A DNA stretch of 64,000 nt, taken from a candidate division FCPU426 bacterium. Lineage in GTDB: Bacteria > Oederibacteriota > Muellerivitia > Muellerivitales > Muellerivitaceae. Positions 1 through 8,639 of this stretch are shown here, piece by piece. The notes under the pieces were generated by a model. The model had not been told where the DNA came from, searched no databases, and saw only the letters and a program-made list of their open reading frames with translations. Location: the NCBI GenBank assembly GCA_963796105.1, contig CAWCKJ010000004.1, positions 32,001 through 96,000 of the forward strand, given 5' to 3'. Numbering within the stretch: the first letter of the stretch is position 1; every line of letters starts with the position of its first letter. The translations under genes and the position numbers were made by a program.

Positions 1-59
1 CAAGGGGCCAGGATGGTGGCGAAACCCGCCAGGAAACTGAAGAAAAGAAGAAAAATCAT
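1..59 (-). CDS. 5' end of a CcdA/DipZ-like cytochrome c biogenesis protein (runs off window start)
   Basis: Minus strand reads MIFLLFFSFLAGFATILAP(C), resembling the CcdA/DipZ N-terminal 'AG..TILSPC' motif; G-rich RBS upstream. Only about 20 codons visible. Confidence 0.55.
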   Translation of the reverse strand, partial: MIFLLFFSFLAGFATILAP

Positions 60-237
60 CTCGCCCCCCCCTTCATGGCGCGTATTGGAACTAATTAATT
101 CATCTACCTATGACGTTATTTGCGGAATAAATTTAAAGTAAGAGGGCAAAAAAAATCGGGTGAATTTTGAAAAATTCACCCGATCATAAGAAATTTCCGG
201 CGCAAAAACTGAAACTACTACTGACTAGGTGTCGAAA

Positions 238-480
238 TTACTTTGCGGCAGGAGCTGCAGCATCCGGGGTGGCAGCAGCGGCATCCTTCTTCATCATCTT
301 CTTAGTCATTTTCTTCTTCGTCATCTTCTTCTTACTCATTTTCTTCTTCATCATCATCTTATCAGACTTCATAGCAGCACCCGGGGTAGCAGCAGCGGGA
401 GCAGCAGCATCATCAGCCAATGCCACACCGACTGCACCCAAGAACAACATGGTCATCAAAACAGCGAATAAACGCTTCAT
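238..480 (-). CDS. Small secreted Met/Lys-rich low-complexity protein
   Basis: Signal peptide (MKRLFAVL...ALA), AGGAGG RBS, KKMxKK repeats flanked by Ala/Pro-rich segments. Confidence 0.75.
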   Translation of the reverse strand: MKRLFAVLMTMLFLGAVGVALADDAAAPAAATPGAAMKSDKMMMKKKMSKKKMTKKKMTKKMMKKDAAAATPDAAAPAAK

Positions 481-811
481 CTACAACCTCCTTAAAATTA
501 AGGAACAGTGAACTATCCCCTGTTCCCGTTAAAAAATAAAATTTCCCGTCAATCCCGATAACGAGGAAGTCAATATAATAAGGTTTGAATTTTCTTTATA
601 CAACTTATTTCCCGATTGTTGAAAATGTCCAGCATGTAAAGAAAAAAGCCCCACAAACGCAGGGCTTTTTAAAAGAGCCTGGAGCCGTTATCGATACACC
701 CCGGGGAGGGTGTTTCCCAGGATGATAGCCCTCTGGCTACTTTCATGTTAAAGGTTATTCTTATCATTAAATGGAGTCAAGTTAAGAAAGTGTGACAAGC
801 CGGGTTCAGTA

Positions 812-863
812 CCAGAATGGTGGCGAAACCCGCCAAGAAACTGAAGAAAAGAAGAAAAATCAT
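812..863 (-). repeat. Second copy of the 52-bp gene start at 8-59 (truncated ccdA/dipZ fragment)
   Basis: 8-59 and 812-863 match with 2 mismatches; this copy reaches a stop after about 28 codons. Confidence 0.85.
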
Positions 864-919
864 ACCACCCCCCTTTAAGAATATACCCGGATAACTTACG
901 ATTCTAAACGGGGTAATCA

Positions 920-1751
920 TTGAGCCTGAACTCAAATAGTTGGGGGAATAAGCCGGAAAAAATCCTTCATTGCACCTTCTTATGCCTCGCTTTGTCCGTG
1001 GTTTCTTGCCGGGTCCAAATCACCTACCCGCACGCCCCTGGAACCCTTTTTATCCGCCAGCAAATCTGCGACCTCAATGATTTCAAGTCGGGCTTCTTCA
1101 AGCGGGAAAACGACCTTAGGGGACATGGCTTCATGGCCTACAGTTTCCACCGGGACCCAATTGACCCCAAGACCTATATCCTGTCCTTTAAATGCGGGGA
1201 CTTGGAAAAGGCAGTAGAATTCATCCGTTCCTCCAATTTCTATTTCTCCTGCGTGGGTGCCGGTTTGGGCCAGCCGCTGTTCTGGGCCGGAACGGACGTG
1301 GTGGGCCTTCCTTACCCGAAACTCACCCCCTTGGCGGGCGGTATCGCCTTGGCCCGCTACGAGGTACGGGATTACGATACCTGGAAACGAGGGTGGGATG
1401 TCGAATACGGCGGTAATAGGGGCCGCCCCAAAACAGAGGGTGGACCCCAAACCCTCAGCCTGCACCGGCTTGAGGGCAGGCCCGAGGCCGTGATCGTGGT
1501 TTACGAAGTGACAGATATCCCCCAAGCGCGGGCCTTTTTGGACTCCGAAGCCGAAAAAAACGCCAATAGATACCCACGGGCAAGCCCGTGGTACTAAAAT
1601 CAAAATTCAAGCTTCGCTTGCCGTGCTTTCAGCACGGTGGCCTTTCACCCACGGGCAAGCCCGTGGAACTCAAAGCGCCGGATTAGAAACCACTGGGGTC
1701 ACCCGCCAGGCCCTCTGGTTTGGAACAAATTTGGAAGAAGGAATTTTTTAA
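920..1751 (+). pseudogene. Secreted/lipoprotein with two ferredoxin-like (cyclase/ABM-type) domains, interrupted near its 3' end
   Basis: Removing 1565-1679 restores the frame ...EAEKNA|GLETTGVTRQALWFGTNLEEGIF*, which parallels the end of the first domain (GAGLGQPLFWAGT). Confidence 0.65.
1565..1679. mobile_element. 115-bp non-autonomous element with twin subterminal hairpins (IS200/IS605-like, PATE-type)
   Basis: Two direct copies of hairpin ACCCACGGGCAAGCCCGTGG (1572-1591, 1647-1666); CGCC at both junctions; interrupts an ORF. Confidence 0.65.
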
Positions 1752-1831
1752 ACTTTCTAAATTTTATTAAAAGTTACATCTCTTGGTTATTAATCATTTA
1801 ACGAGTAGGTTGCATAGGGTCCTACATCATC

Positions 1832-1859
1832 TGTCCACGTCGGGTCCCCGTAAGGAACA
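1832..1859. repeat. Palindromic cassette-boundary site S1 (degenerate right arm)
   Basis: TGTCCACGTCG-GGTCCC-CGTAAGGAACA. Confidence 0.8.
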
Positions 1860-1891
1860 ACCCCCATTCTCTTAATTCCGGTTAACCCCGG

Positions 1892-2695
1892 TTAAGGGCG
1901 CGTGATACGCTTTAATTCAAAGACGGCTTTGGCGGGCCGGGTGTAGTAGTTCCCGTCCCCATTCGTGTCCCAAGTCGTTTCGATGCTGTCCTCTTCCATT
2001 TCCAGGGAATTGCCATCGCCCGTCAGGGTGTAGGAGAAGGTATGAGCAAAGGTTTGGTTCCCCATCCTCTGGATGACTTCGGGGGGCAAAAGATTAGAAA
2101 CCGAAGTCATGGGGTAGTAATCGGTATGGGCGATTTTATTGCCATCGCCCGTAAAGGTAAAAGTGGTGGGGGGCATTTGGGCCCATTGCACTCGATAGCC
2201 GCCTTCCGCACGGGTAACCGTCATTTTCTGGTTCAGCAGGCCCATAGCATCAGGCGGCGGGGATTGAATACAGAGCCACTCGCCCGCAACGCTTTTGGCG
2301 GCCTCCGCAGCCACGCTTTTTTGGAGCATGTTCATTTCCCAATTGAAGGACTGGATGCTATGGATAATAGAATCTCTTTGGGCTTGAAGGTTTTGTTTTT
2401 GAACTTCGGTTTGTTGGTCTTCGGTTTCGGTGTTAAATGAGATGATTTGAGAATTGAATTGTTTAATTTTTTCCAACAGCGCAGACCTTTCCTGATTGAA
2501 CCTGGCGCTTTCATCCGCCGGTATCCCCTTCGGGGGCGGCTGGAGATCCGGAAGGCCCCCCCCGGGGCTATTCCCCCCCGCTTTATCCGTGGCCGCCTGC
2601 GCCATGCCGCTATTTTGGGCAAAGCCAAAGGAAGCGAATCCCCCCCAAACCACCAACAAAAAAACAAAACTCAAAAGATAAAATGAACGCGCCAT
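1892..2695 (-). CDS. Secreted hypothetical protein with coiled-coil (cassette between S2 and S1)
   Basis: ORF with GGAG RBS before ATG at 2695, signal peptide, helical region then beta-rich C-terminus. Confidence 0.7.
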   Translation of the reverse strand: MARSFYLLSFVFLLVVWGGFASFGFAQNSGMAQAATDKAGGNSPGGGLPDLQPPPKGIPADESARFNQERSALLEKIKQFNSQIISFNTETEDQQTEVQKQNLQAQRDSIIHSIQSFNWEMNMLQKSVAAEAAKSVAGEWLCIQSPPPDAMGLLNQKMTVTRAEGGYRVQWAQMPPTTFTFTGDGNKIAHTDYYPMTSVSNLLPPEVIQRMGNQTFAHTFSYTLTGDGNSLEMEEDSIETTWDTNGDGNYYTRPAKAVFELKRITRP

Positions 2696-2935
2696 AAACG
2701 CTCCAACAAAAGAATCTTTGAATTTAAAACAGATTACCCGTTTTTCCCATGAACCCCATGGATTCAGGGCCAAACCCCATTCCAACCCGTTCAACCGGTA
2801 GAACTAAAGTCGGCACGATCAGATTCACCGTTAAGATAAATATCAGTTAATTGTCCTCAAAATTTTTAAATTAGTCTCTGACATGAATCATAAATTGAAT
2901 TCTGTGGTTAAATGCCGTTTATAGCCTAAAATAAT

Positions 2936-3675
2936 CGTCCACGAGTAGAGTAAAGCACTGGCGCGCCTCCGGTTGCCCGGAACGTTTCCAGCGCCTTCTC
3001 GTCAAACCGTACGTGCGGTTTTCCCGCATACGGCTTTCCCTGAACGTTCGCCGAAAGCTCTTCGCCTGTTCCTTTCGGTTCAGGCTTACTCTTTCCCGCT
3101 AGTCTTGAAGCTGGTTCCAGGGCTTGGTCCTTCAGGAGTTCCTAGGCTTTCGCCAATCTCCCGCCCGTCCCCTTTATAAGACGCTGTTCAGGCCAAGCCC
3201 CTTCGCTCCCCCAAGGTTTTGCTGTCCTTGGAATCCACGCTAGTATGGGCTTGTCCGACCCCCATAGGATCTCCCTGTCATTTCGCCGCTTAGACTTATA
3301 GGCAGGTACCTGGTACTTCCCTATGGGTCTCCCAAGTTCCGTTGTTCTCCGTCTGGACGTGTCGCCCCTGTTACCCCGGAGGAGTCTCATGCGTATTTCT
3401 GGCTCCCGCATGGGATACTGGTTTCCCCAAGACCCGAAAGGGTCACCCTCCTCAATCTCGACGTTACGAGGTTACACCTAGGTTCACACGTGTTACGACC
3501 CGTCCTTTCGCATCGGGCGCTTTACCGCCCTTTGTCGAGCCGCTTGAACCTGGCAGGTTACCCCGCCCGATTCGGCTCCCTGCTACCAGACTGCCAAATT
3601 TTGTCTGGGTCGGCACTTTTCAGCCGACTGGATGAACAACAGCTTTCTTGGCGCGCCGGGTCCCCGTCGAGGACA
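2936..3675. repeat. Palindromic site S2, split by group II intron copy 1
   Basis: Joining 2936-2944 and 3657-3675 gives CGTCCACGACG-GGTCCC-CGTCGAGGACA. Confidence 0.88.
2945..3656 (-). ncRNA. ORF-less group II intron, copy 1 (712 nt)
   Basis: 5' GCGCG, domain V AAGCCGTATGCGGGAAAACCGCACGTACGGTTT (about 3004-3037, AGC triad), DVI hairpin ending ACTCTAC; EBS1-like loop CGGGUC (3431-3436); no RT ORF. Confidence 0.93.
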
Positions 3676-3739
3676 ACTTTATTCGACCTGCTCAAACCAA
3701 ATCAACTTTGAGTGATATGGTTCCAAGCTCTGAAGGGGC

Positions 3740-4171
3740 TTAGCCGGGAGGGATCGGATCTTTCCCGGCCAGGTAAATGACGCAAGTTTCGTAGTCTTGG
3801 ATGGGCTGGATTTGCACGGTCATGTTGTAAACTTCCCCGCCCACCTTGAGTTTCATCTTTCCGCTCTGCGGCTCCGTTGTTTTCGTGAGATCCATGAAGG
3901 CCATTTTCTTGAACCTGGAGATCAGGTGGCGGTAGCGGAACCAGGGCAACTCGGTGGTCCCGGGAACGAATTCCCCTTGGACCCGCCAGCGCAGCCGCAT
4001 CTTGGATTCGGCCCAGGGTTCCACCACGGGCCGGATTTGGATTTCGCTCGCCCCGGCCAGGATGGCTTCATGAAGAAGGGCAAAACTAAGCTCCCCCATC
4101 GAAGGAAAGGGCTTCTCATTCTCTTCGGGGCTTTCTCCTTCCTGGCTGGCATCCCCATGAGGGTCGTTCAT
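3740..4171 (-). CDS. Stand-alone PilB/GspE N-terminal (N2D-like) domain protein, no ATPase domain
   Basis: ASEIQIRP..MRLRWRVQG..LISRFKKMAFMDL..PQSGKM resembles the PilB/GspE ASDIHIEP..RxRxDG..ISRIKIMAxLD..PQDGR pattern; no Walker A. Confidence 0.75.
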   Translation of the reverse strand: MNDPHGDASQEGESPEENEKPFPSMGELSFALLHEAILAGASEIQIRPVVEPWAESKMRLRWRVQGEFVPGTTELPWFRYRHLISRFKKMAFMDLTKTTEPQSGKMKLKVGGEVYNMTVQIQPIQDYETCVIYLAGKDPIPPG

Positions 4172-4214
4172 GGCCGCTTATTTCTCCTCATTTTCCGGGT
4201 AATTCAAGGCTGCC

Positions 4215-4493
4215 CTATCCCGCGAACTGGCTCCGGTAAACAGCCTTGATGTGCGCCAATCTCTCTTCAAGCTGTTGGGTTTTCTCGGCCAGCCCCAACT
4301 CACGCGCCAGGCCGATGGCATCTCTCAAATAATCCTTGCAATCGCTGTATTCGGTCATCGGGTGGCTGGAATCGTACATTTGGTCATAGGCTTCCTCGGC
4401 CTTTTTCTCCAAAAACTCCAATTGCTCTTGCGGGGTCGGTGGCATGCCTAAAATCCTGGTTTTTATTCTTCCGTGAATGAAAGCGGGGTTCAT
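4215..4493 (-). CDS. Small helical hypothetical protein
   Basis: 92-aa ORF (start may be 4445) with plausible helical composition; starts just after site S3. Confidence 0.65.
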   Translation of the reverse strand: MNPAFIHGRIKTRILGMPPTPQEQLEFLEKKAEEAYDQMYDSSHPMTEYSDCKDYLRDAIGLARELGLAEKTQQLEERLAHIKAVYRSQFAG

Positions 4494-4538
4494 CCATTCC
4501 GGTTGGGCTTATCATAGTGTAATAAACCTCGTTTTCAC

Positions 4539-4566
4539 TGTCCAATGCGGGTCCCCGTCGTGGACA
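4539..4566. repeat. Palindromic cassette-boundary site S3
   Basis: TGTCCAATGCG-GGTCCC-CGTCGTGGACA, 10 bp after the stop codon of 4577-4960. Confidence 0.9.
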
Positions 4567-4576
4567 AGGACATCTC

Positions 4577-4960
4577 TTAAAAGAACTGTGGAGACCCTAA
4601 TAATCCTAATACGACATGTAGGATCAGGTAAGTCATTATGAACAGCACGGCGAACTTATACTTTTTCTGTCGTATGAACCGGAATAGAAAATGGAGTAAA
4701 AAACTGTAATACAAAAAAAATAAAACCCAAATAATTTCGGCTAAAATAAATGCCACATAAGAGTTAAAGCCTCCCTCGCTATATACAAAGTTGCTTATCC
4801 AGCGAGACAGCAACATGAAAGGTCCGAGTATAAAAATACCGATCCAGTGAAGAAATCCCTGTATTCTCAGCTGATCAATGAAATAGGCAATAGCACCTAA
4901 TGAAAAAGCGACGAGAAAATTAAAATACTTAAATTCTTTAAGCGTTTTTAAGATCTTCAA
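4577..4960 (-). CDS. Low-GC small multi-pass membrane protein
   Basis: 127 aa, about 4 hydrophobic segments, GGAGG RBS before TTG. Confidence 0.7.
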   Translation of the reverse strand: MKILKTLKEFKYFNFLVAFSLGAIAYFIDQLRIQGFLHWIGIFILGPFMLLSRWISNFVYSEGGFNSYVAFILAEIIWVLFFLYYSFLLHFLFRFIRQKKYKFAVLFIMTYLILHVVLGLLGSPQFF

Positions 4961-4997
4961 ATTGCCTCCCTATCGCGGACAACTTCTGGCAGAACGG

Positions 4998-6494
4998 TCA
5001 ATTGCCTGGTTTCTGTAAATCTTCCTGCAATTCCTTCGCTTTCCGGGCGGCATATTCATTTCCTTGGTTGGCCGCCAGTTGAAACCAGTAGAGAGCTTGC
5101 TTGGTAACATCATTGACTTCGGACTCATAGTAGAGACTACCGGCCATTGCCACGCTTTCAATCTCATATAGATCCCCTAATTTAACCTTGGCTTCGACGC
5201 TTCCCAAATTCGCGGCTTGGGTATACCACTCGATGGCTTTTTTCTCATCATTGCCCTTTTGAGGATCGTTGTAGTAATCCCCATTTTGAATGTCCTGTTC
5301 CACGGCGGTGGAAGGCGATGTGTTGGTTCCATTGGAGGTATCCCCGCTGGAATTTTCCCCCGAGGACGCCGTTACATTGGCCAAATCCGACAATTTGTTC
5401 GTTGCCATTTGGTCACCGTTCGCCGAGGCCAATTGGTACCAATATTTCGCCTTTCCGAGGTCCTTACCGACCCCTTTCCCATCTGCATAACATAGGCCCA
5501 TCATCAATTGGGCAAAACTGTTCTTCGGGTCCTGATCGGCCGCTTTTTGGAACCAAGGAATAGCCTCGGAAAACCTATTTTTTCCGTAAAAATGGTAACC
5601 CAACTGTGCTTCGTGATAAGCATCCCCCGCTTTACGCACCAAACTGACAGCCTTCGCCTCATCCGGGTTCACACCCCATCCATTCAGATAAAACATTCCC
5701 AAATTCCCGGTCGCCATCACATGCCCCTGGTCGGCGGCTTTTTGAAGCCACTTCACGGCCTCCACGTTGTCCTCCTTGGCCCCCTTGCCATCGGAATAAG
5801 CCAAGCCAAGTGAGTTCTCTCCGTCCGCATTGCCTAGGTCCGCCGATCGGTTGAAATATTGAAAAGCCTCATCATCCTTGCCCGCCTTTTGGGCTTCCGT
5901 GCCCTTTTGGAAAAAGGCTGCGCCATCCTCCACTGTCGTTGGACTACTGCTAGTTGGGGGAGCATTCGAAGTGGGCTCGGACGCGGGCTGGTTTGAACCG
6001 TTCGCGGAACTTTCGGGAGGAAAGGGGGTTGTGCCTGAATTGATCTTTGCCAAAGCCTCATCGGCCTTTTTATATCCTTGGGCCGATGCTTTTTGAAGCC
6101 AATCCTGGCCTTCTTTCTTACCCGAAGCGATCTCGGCGTCCCATTTTTCAATTTGCTTTTGATCTTTTTGCGTCCATTCCCAAGCCGTCATGGCCATTGC
6201 CGCGTCATAAAGGTAAAGCCCATAGCGATACTGGCCCTCGGCGTTCCCCTTTTCCGCGGCAACGCTATACCATTTACCCTCGTCTTCATATTTTTTGATC
6301 TTGTTCGCGGCCTTTGCCCTCTTGAGGGCCACCTTCGCCGAAACGGAGTGATCGATCTTAACTCGGGAGGGCGTCACGGTCGCCGTGGGAAGTTCGCTGT
6401 CCGCAGGCACATACACATTCTGGGCCAACACGGAGCCTCCAAAGGCCGCAATACCAAGGATGGCCCCTAAAAATATTCCAGTTCTTATTTTCAT
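4998..6494 (-). CDS. Secreted Sel1-repeat protein
   Basis: Signal peptide and multiple SEL1 motifs (A...LG..Y..G.G...D...A..W.QKAA.QG). Confidence 0.92.
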   Translation of the reverse strand: MKIRTGIFLGAILGIAAFGGSVLAQNVYVPADSELPTATVTPSRVKIDHSVSAKVALKRAKAANKIKKYEDEGKWYSVAAEKGNAEGQYRYGLYLYDAAMAMTAWEWTQKDQKQIEKWDAEIASGKKEGQDWLQKASAQGYKKADEALAKINSGTTPFPPESSANGSNQPASEPTSNAPPTSSSPTTVEDGAAFFQKGTEAQKAGKDDEAFQYFNRSADLGNADGENSLGLAYSDGKGAKEDNVEAVKWLQKAADQGHVMATGNLGMFYLNGWGVNPDEAKAVSLVRKAGDAYHEAQLGYHFYGKNRFSEAIPWFQKAADQDPKNSFAQLMMGLCYADGKGVGKDLGKAKYWYQLASANGDQMATNKLSDLANVTASSGENSSGDTSNGTNTSPSTAVEQDIQNGDYYNDPQKGNDEKKAIEWYTQAANLGSVEAKVKLGDLYEIESVAMAGSLYYESEVNDVTKQALYWFQLAANQGNEYAARKAKELQEDLQKPGN

Positions 6495-6565
6495 ATTTCC
6501 CTCCCTGGTTTTATTTTAATCTCGAGATCACTAGTTCAACCGAATATTTAGAGGCCGAAGTTTTT

Positions 6566-6593
6566 TGTCCACCAGGGGTCCCCGTCGTGGACA
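6566..6593. repeat. Palindromic cassette-boundary site S4
   Basis: TGTCCACCAGG-GGTCCC-CGTCGTGGACA, 8 bp after the stop codon at 6602. Confidence 0.9.
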
Positions 6594-6601
6594 AGGTTGA
6601 G

Positions 6602-6829
6602 CTATTGTCTCTTCCGATACCCAACACCGCTTTTGGGTTTCCCTGTGAGAGCATAACGGAACAAATAAATTCCTACACCAATTGAAACAGCGGCTGCAAA
6701 ATAACCATAAATAAGTAAAGAATGTTCTATTTCGCAATAAATGCTATATACAGCAAATGCAAAACACACCAAACTCATTCCAAAAGCTTCCCACTTGTTA
6801 AATTTATAAGAAAATTCTAATTTTTTCAT
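6602..6829 (-). CDS. 75-aa two-TM membrane protein filling the cassette between S5 and S4
   Basis: GGAGAGG RBS then ATG at 6829 (MKKLEFSYKF...); the longer ORF call starts inside the intron. Confidence 0.75.
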   Translation of the reverse strand: MKKLEFSYKFNKWEAFGMSLVCFAFAVYSIYCEIEHSLLIYGYFAAAVSIGVGIYLFRYALTGKPKSGVGYRKRQ

Positions 6830-6843
6830 ACCTCTCCAAAGGC

Positions 6844-7583
6844 TGTCCACGAGTAGAGTAAAGCACTGGCGCGCCTCCGGTTGCCCGGAACGTTTCCAGC
6901 GCCTTCTCGTCAAACCGTACGTGCGGTTTTCCCGCATACGGCTTTCCCTGAACGTTCGCCGAAAGCTCTTCGCCTGTTCCTTTCGGTTCAGGCTTACTCT
7001 TTCCCGCTAGTCTTGAAGCTGGTTCCAGGGCTTGGTCCTTCAGGAGTTCCTAGGCTTTCGCCAATCTCCCGCCCGTCCCCTTTATAAGACGCTGTTCAGG
7101 CCAAGCCCCTTCGCTCCCCCAAGGTTTTGCTGTCCTTGGAATCCACGCTAGTATGGGCTTGTCCGACCCCCATAGGATCTCCCTGTCATTTCGCCGCTTA
7201 GACTTATAGGCAGGTACCTGGTACTTCCCTATGGGTCTCCCAAGTTCCGTTGTTCTCCGTCTGGACGTGTCGCCCCTGTTACCCCGGAGGAGTCTCATGC
7301 GTATTTCTGGCTCCCGCATGGGATACTGGTTTCCCCAAGACCCGAAAGGGTCACCCTCCTCAATCTCGACGTTACGAGGTTACACCTAGGTTCACACGTG
7401 TTACGACCCGTCCTTTCGCATCGGGCGCTTTACCGCCCTTTGTCGAGCCGCTTGAACCTGGCAGGTTACCCCGCCCGATTCGGCTCCCTGCTACCAGACT
7501 GCCAAATTTTGTCTGGGTCGGCACTTTTCAGCCGACTGGATGAACAACAGCTTTCTTGGCGCGCCGGGTCCCCATCGTGGACA
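6844..7583. repeat. Palindromic site S5, split by group II intron copy 2
   Basis: Joining 6844-6852 and 7565-7583 gives TGTCCACGACG-GGTCCC-CATCGTGGACA. Confidence 0.9.
6853..7564 (-). ncRNA. ORF-less group II intron, copy 2
   Basis: Appears identical to 2945-3656 (offset 3908 bp); same insertion point in the palindrome. Confidence 0.93.
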
Positions 7584-7813
7584 AGCCATTTCCCTTTTAT
7601 TCACTCAATTTTACGCCTGCATGAATAGGAGCGGGAGGCAATATTTTCTAAAACGAGCGCCAATTTATATGGGCAAAGCCCAAATTGGCGCGAGAAAAAG
7701 GGGGCACCTGGTCAAACGCCCACAAGGCGGTTGGCCACGGTTTGGTGTGCAAATAGCAAAAAGCTATTTGCAACGGGGGCGAAGCCCCCGCGCGGGGGGG
7801 CTGCCCCCAGGCT

Positions 7814-8245
7814 TTAAACTTCACCCCCTTCCTCGATGTAAACGTCCTCGCAAACTTCGGATTCACAAGCCAGGCTGTCCATGTTGTGAATTTCTCCCGC
7901 TTCCTCCTCCGTCCGAGCTTTGTAGACTTTCCTTCCCTTGAGGGTCCAATAGACCGTGAAATTTCTTAACCCCTGGGCCTTCTTAACCGGGCGGTGTTTT
8001 ATTTCCCTCAAGGCAGAAATAACCCGGTGAAGTTCTTCCTGCGCCGTTTCCAGGGCCTTAATTACGTTGGCCGTAATATCCCTGGGGTTTTTCCCGTCTG
8101 CCGTTTCCCGGATTTCCTCGACTATGAAAGCGGCCAAGCCGTCCCCGGTGTCTTTCTCCCCCTTTCTAATACGGTCTATAAGCCCGTCCGGATAGGCGGC
8201 GTTAGCCGCCTTTAAAAGTTTGTTGGTGTGTCTGTTGTTAAGCAT
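7814..8245 (-). CDS. Hypothetical protein downstream of ardC
   Basis: ATG overlaps the ardC stop (TAATG), AGGAGG RBS; MLNNRHTNKLL... Confidence 0.7.
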   Translation of the reverse strand: MLNNRHTNKLLKAANAAYPDGLIDRIRKGEKDTGDGLAAFIVEEIRETADGKNPRDITANVIKALETAQEELHRVISALREIKHRPVKKAQGLRNFTVYWTLKGRKVYKARTEEEAGEIHNMDSLACESEVCEDVYIEEGGEV

Positions 8246-8639
8246 TAAGCAACCTCCTTGTTTTGTTCTGCATCTACGGGTTTCAGAAGAAAATCGACGG
8301 CCTTTTGGGCCTGGGAAACGGCGGTCATTAGGGCCTTTGAATCGTCTTTGATTGCTTCGATCCAATTGGCGATATAAGAGGCGTGGTTGGTCTTGTAGGG
8401 GATGCCGACATGGGCGCAAAGGATTGCGGCCCCAAACTCGGCCACAAGCTCCTCGGCGGCATATTCCGGGGAACCGAAAAGGGAGCCTTTAACCCGGTCG
8501 AGCCTGGCCTTTCCTCCGGTCCAGTGGGTGTTATGCCGATATCGGCATAAGACGCAAAATGCCGAATCCCGGATTATGCCGAATGGACCGACGTTTCCCT
8601 TGAATTGATAACCCCGGCCCATTCGATGATTCGGCATAA

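Noticed and set aside
2973..3711. Short ORFs within the intron copies (also 6881-7628)
   Set aside because: They overlap structured intron RNA, have no RT/maturase motifs, and are duplicated only because the intron is.
6830..6937. N-terminal extension of ORF 6602-6937
   Set aside because: It lies in intron domains V/VI and the palindromic site; a good RBS precedes ATG 6829.
1832..7583. CRISPR array or classical integron interpretation of the 28-bp repeats
   Set aside because: Spacers are 0.25-2 kb and gene-containing, there are no cas genes or intI in the window, and attC R-box ends are absent.
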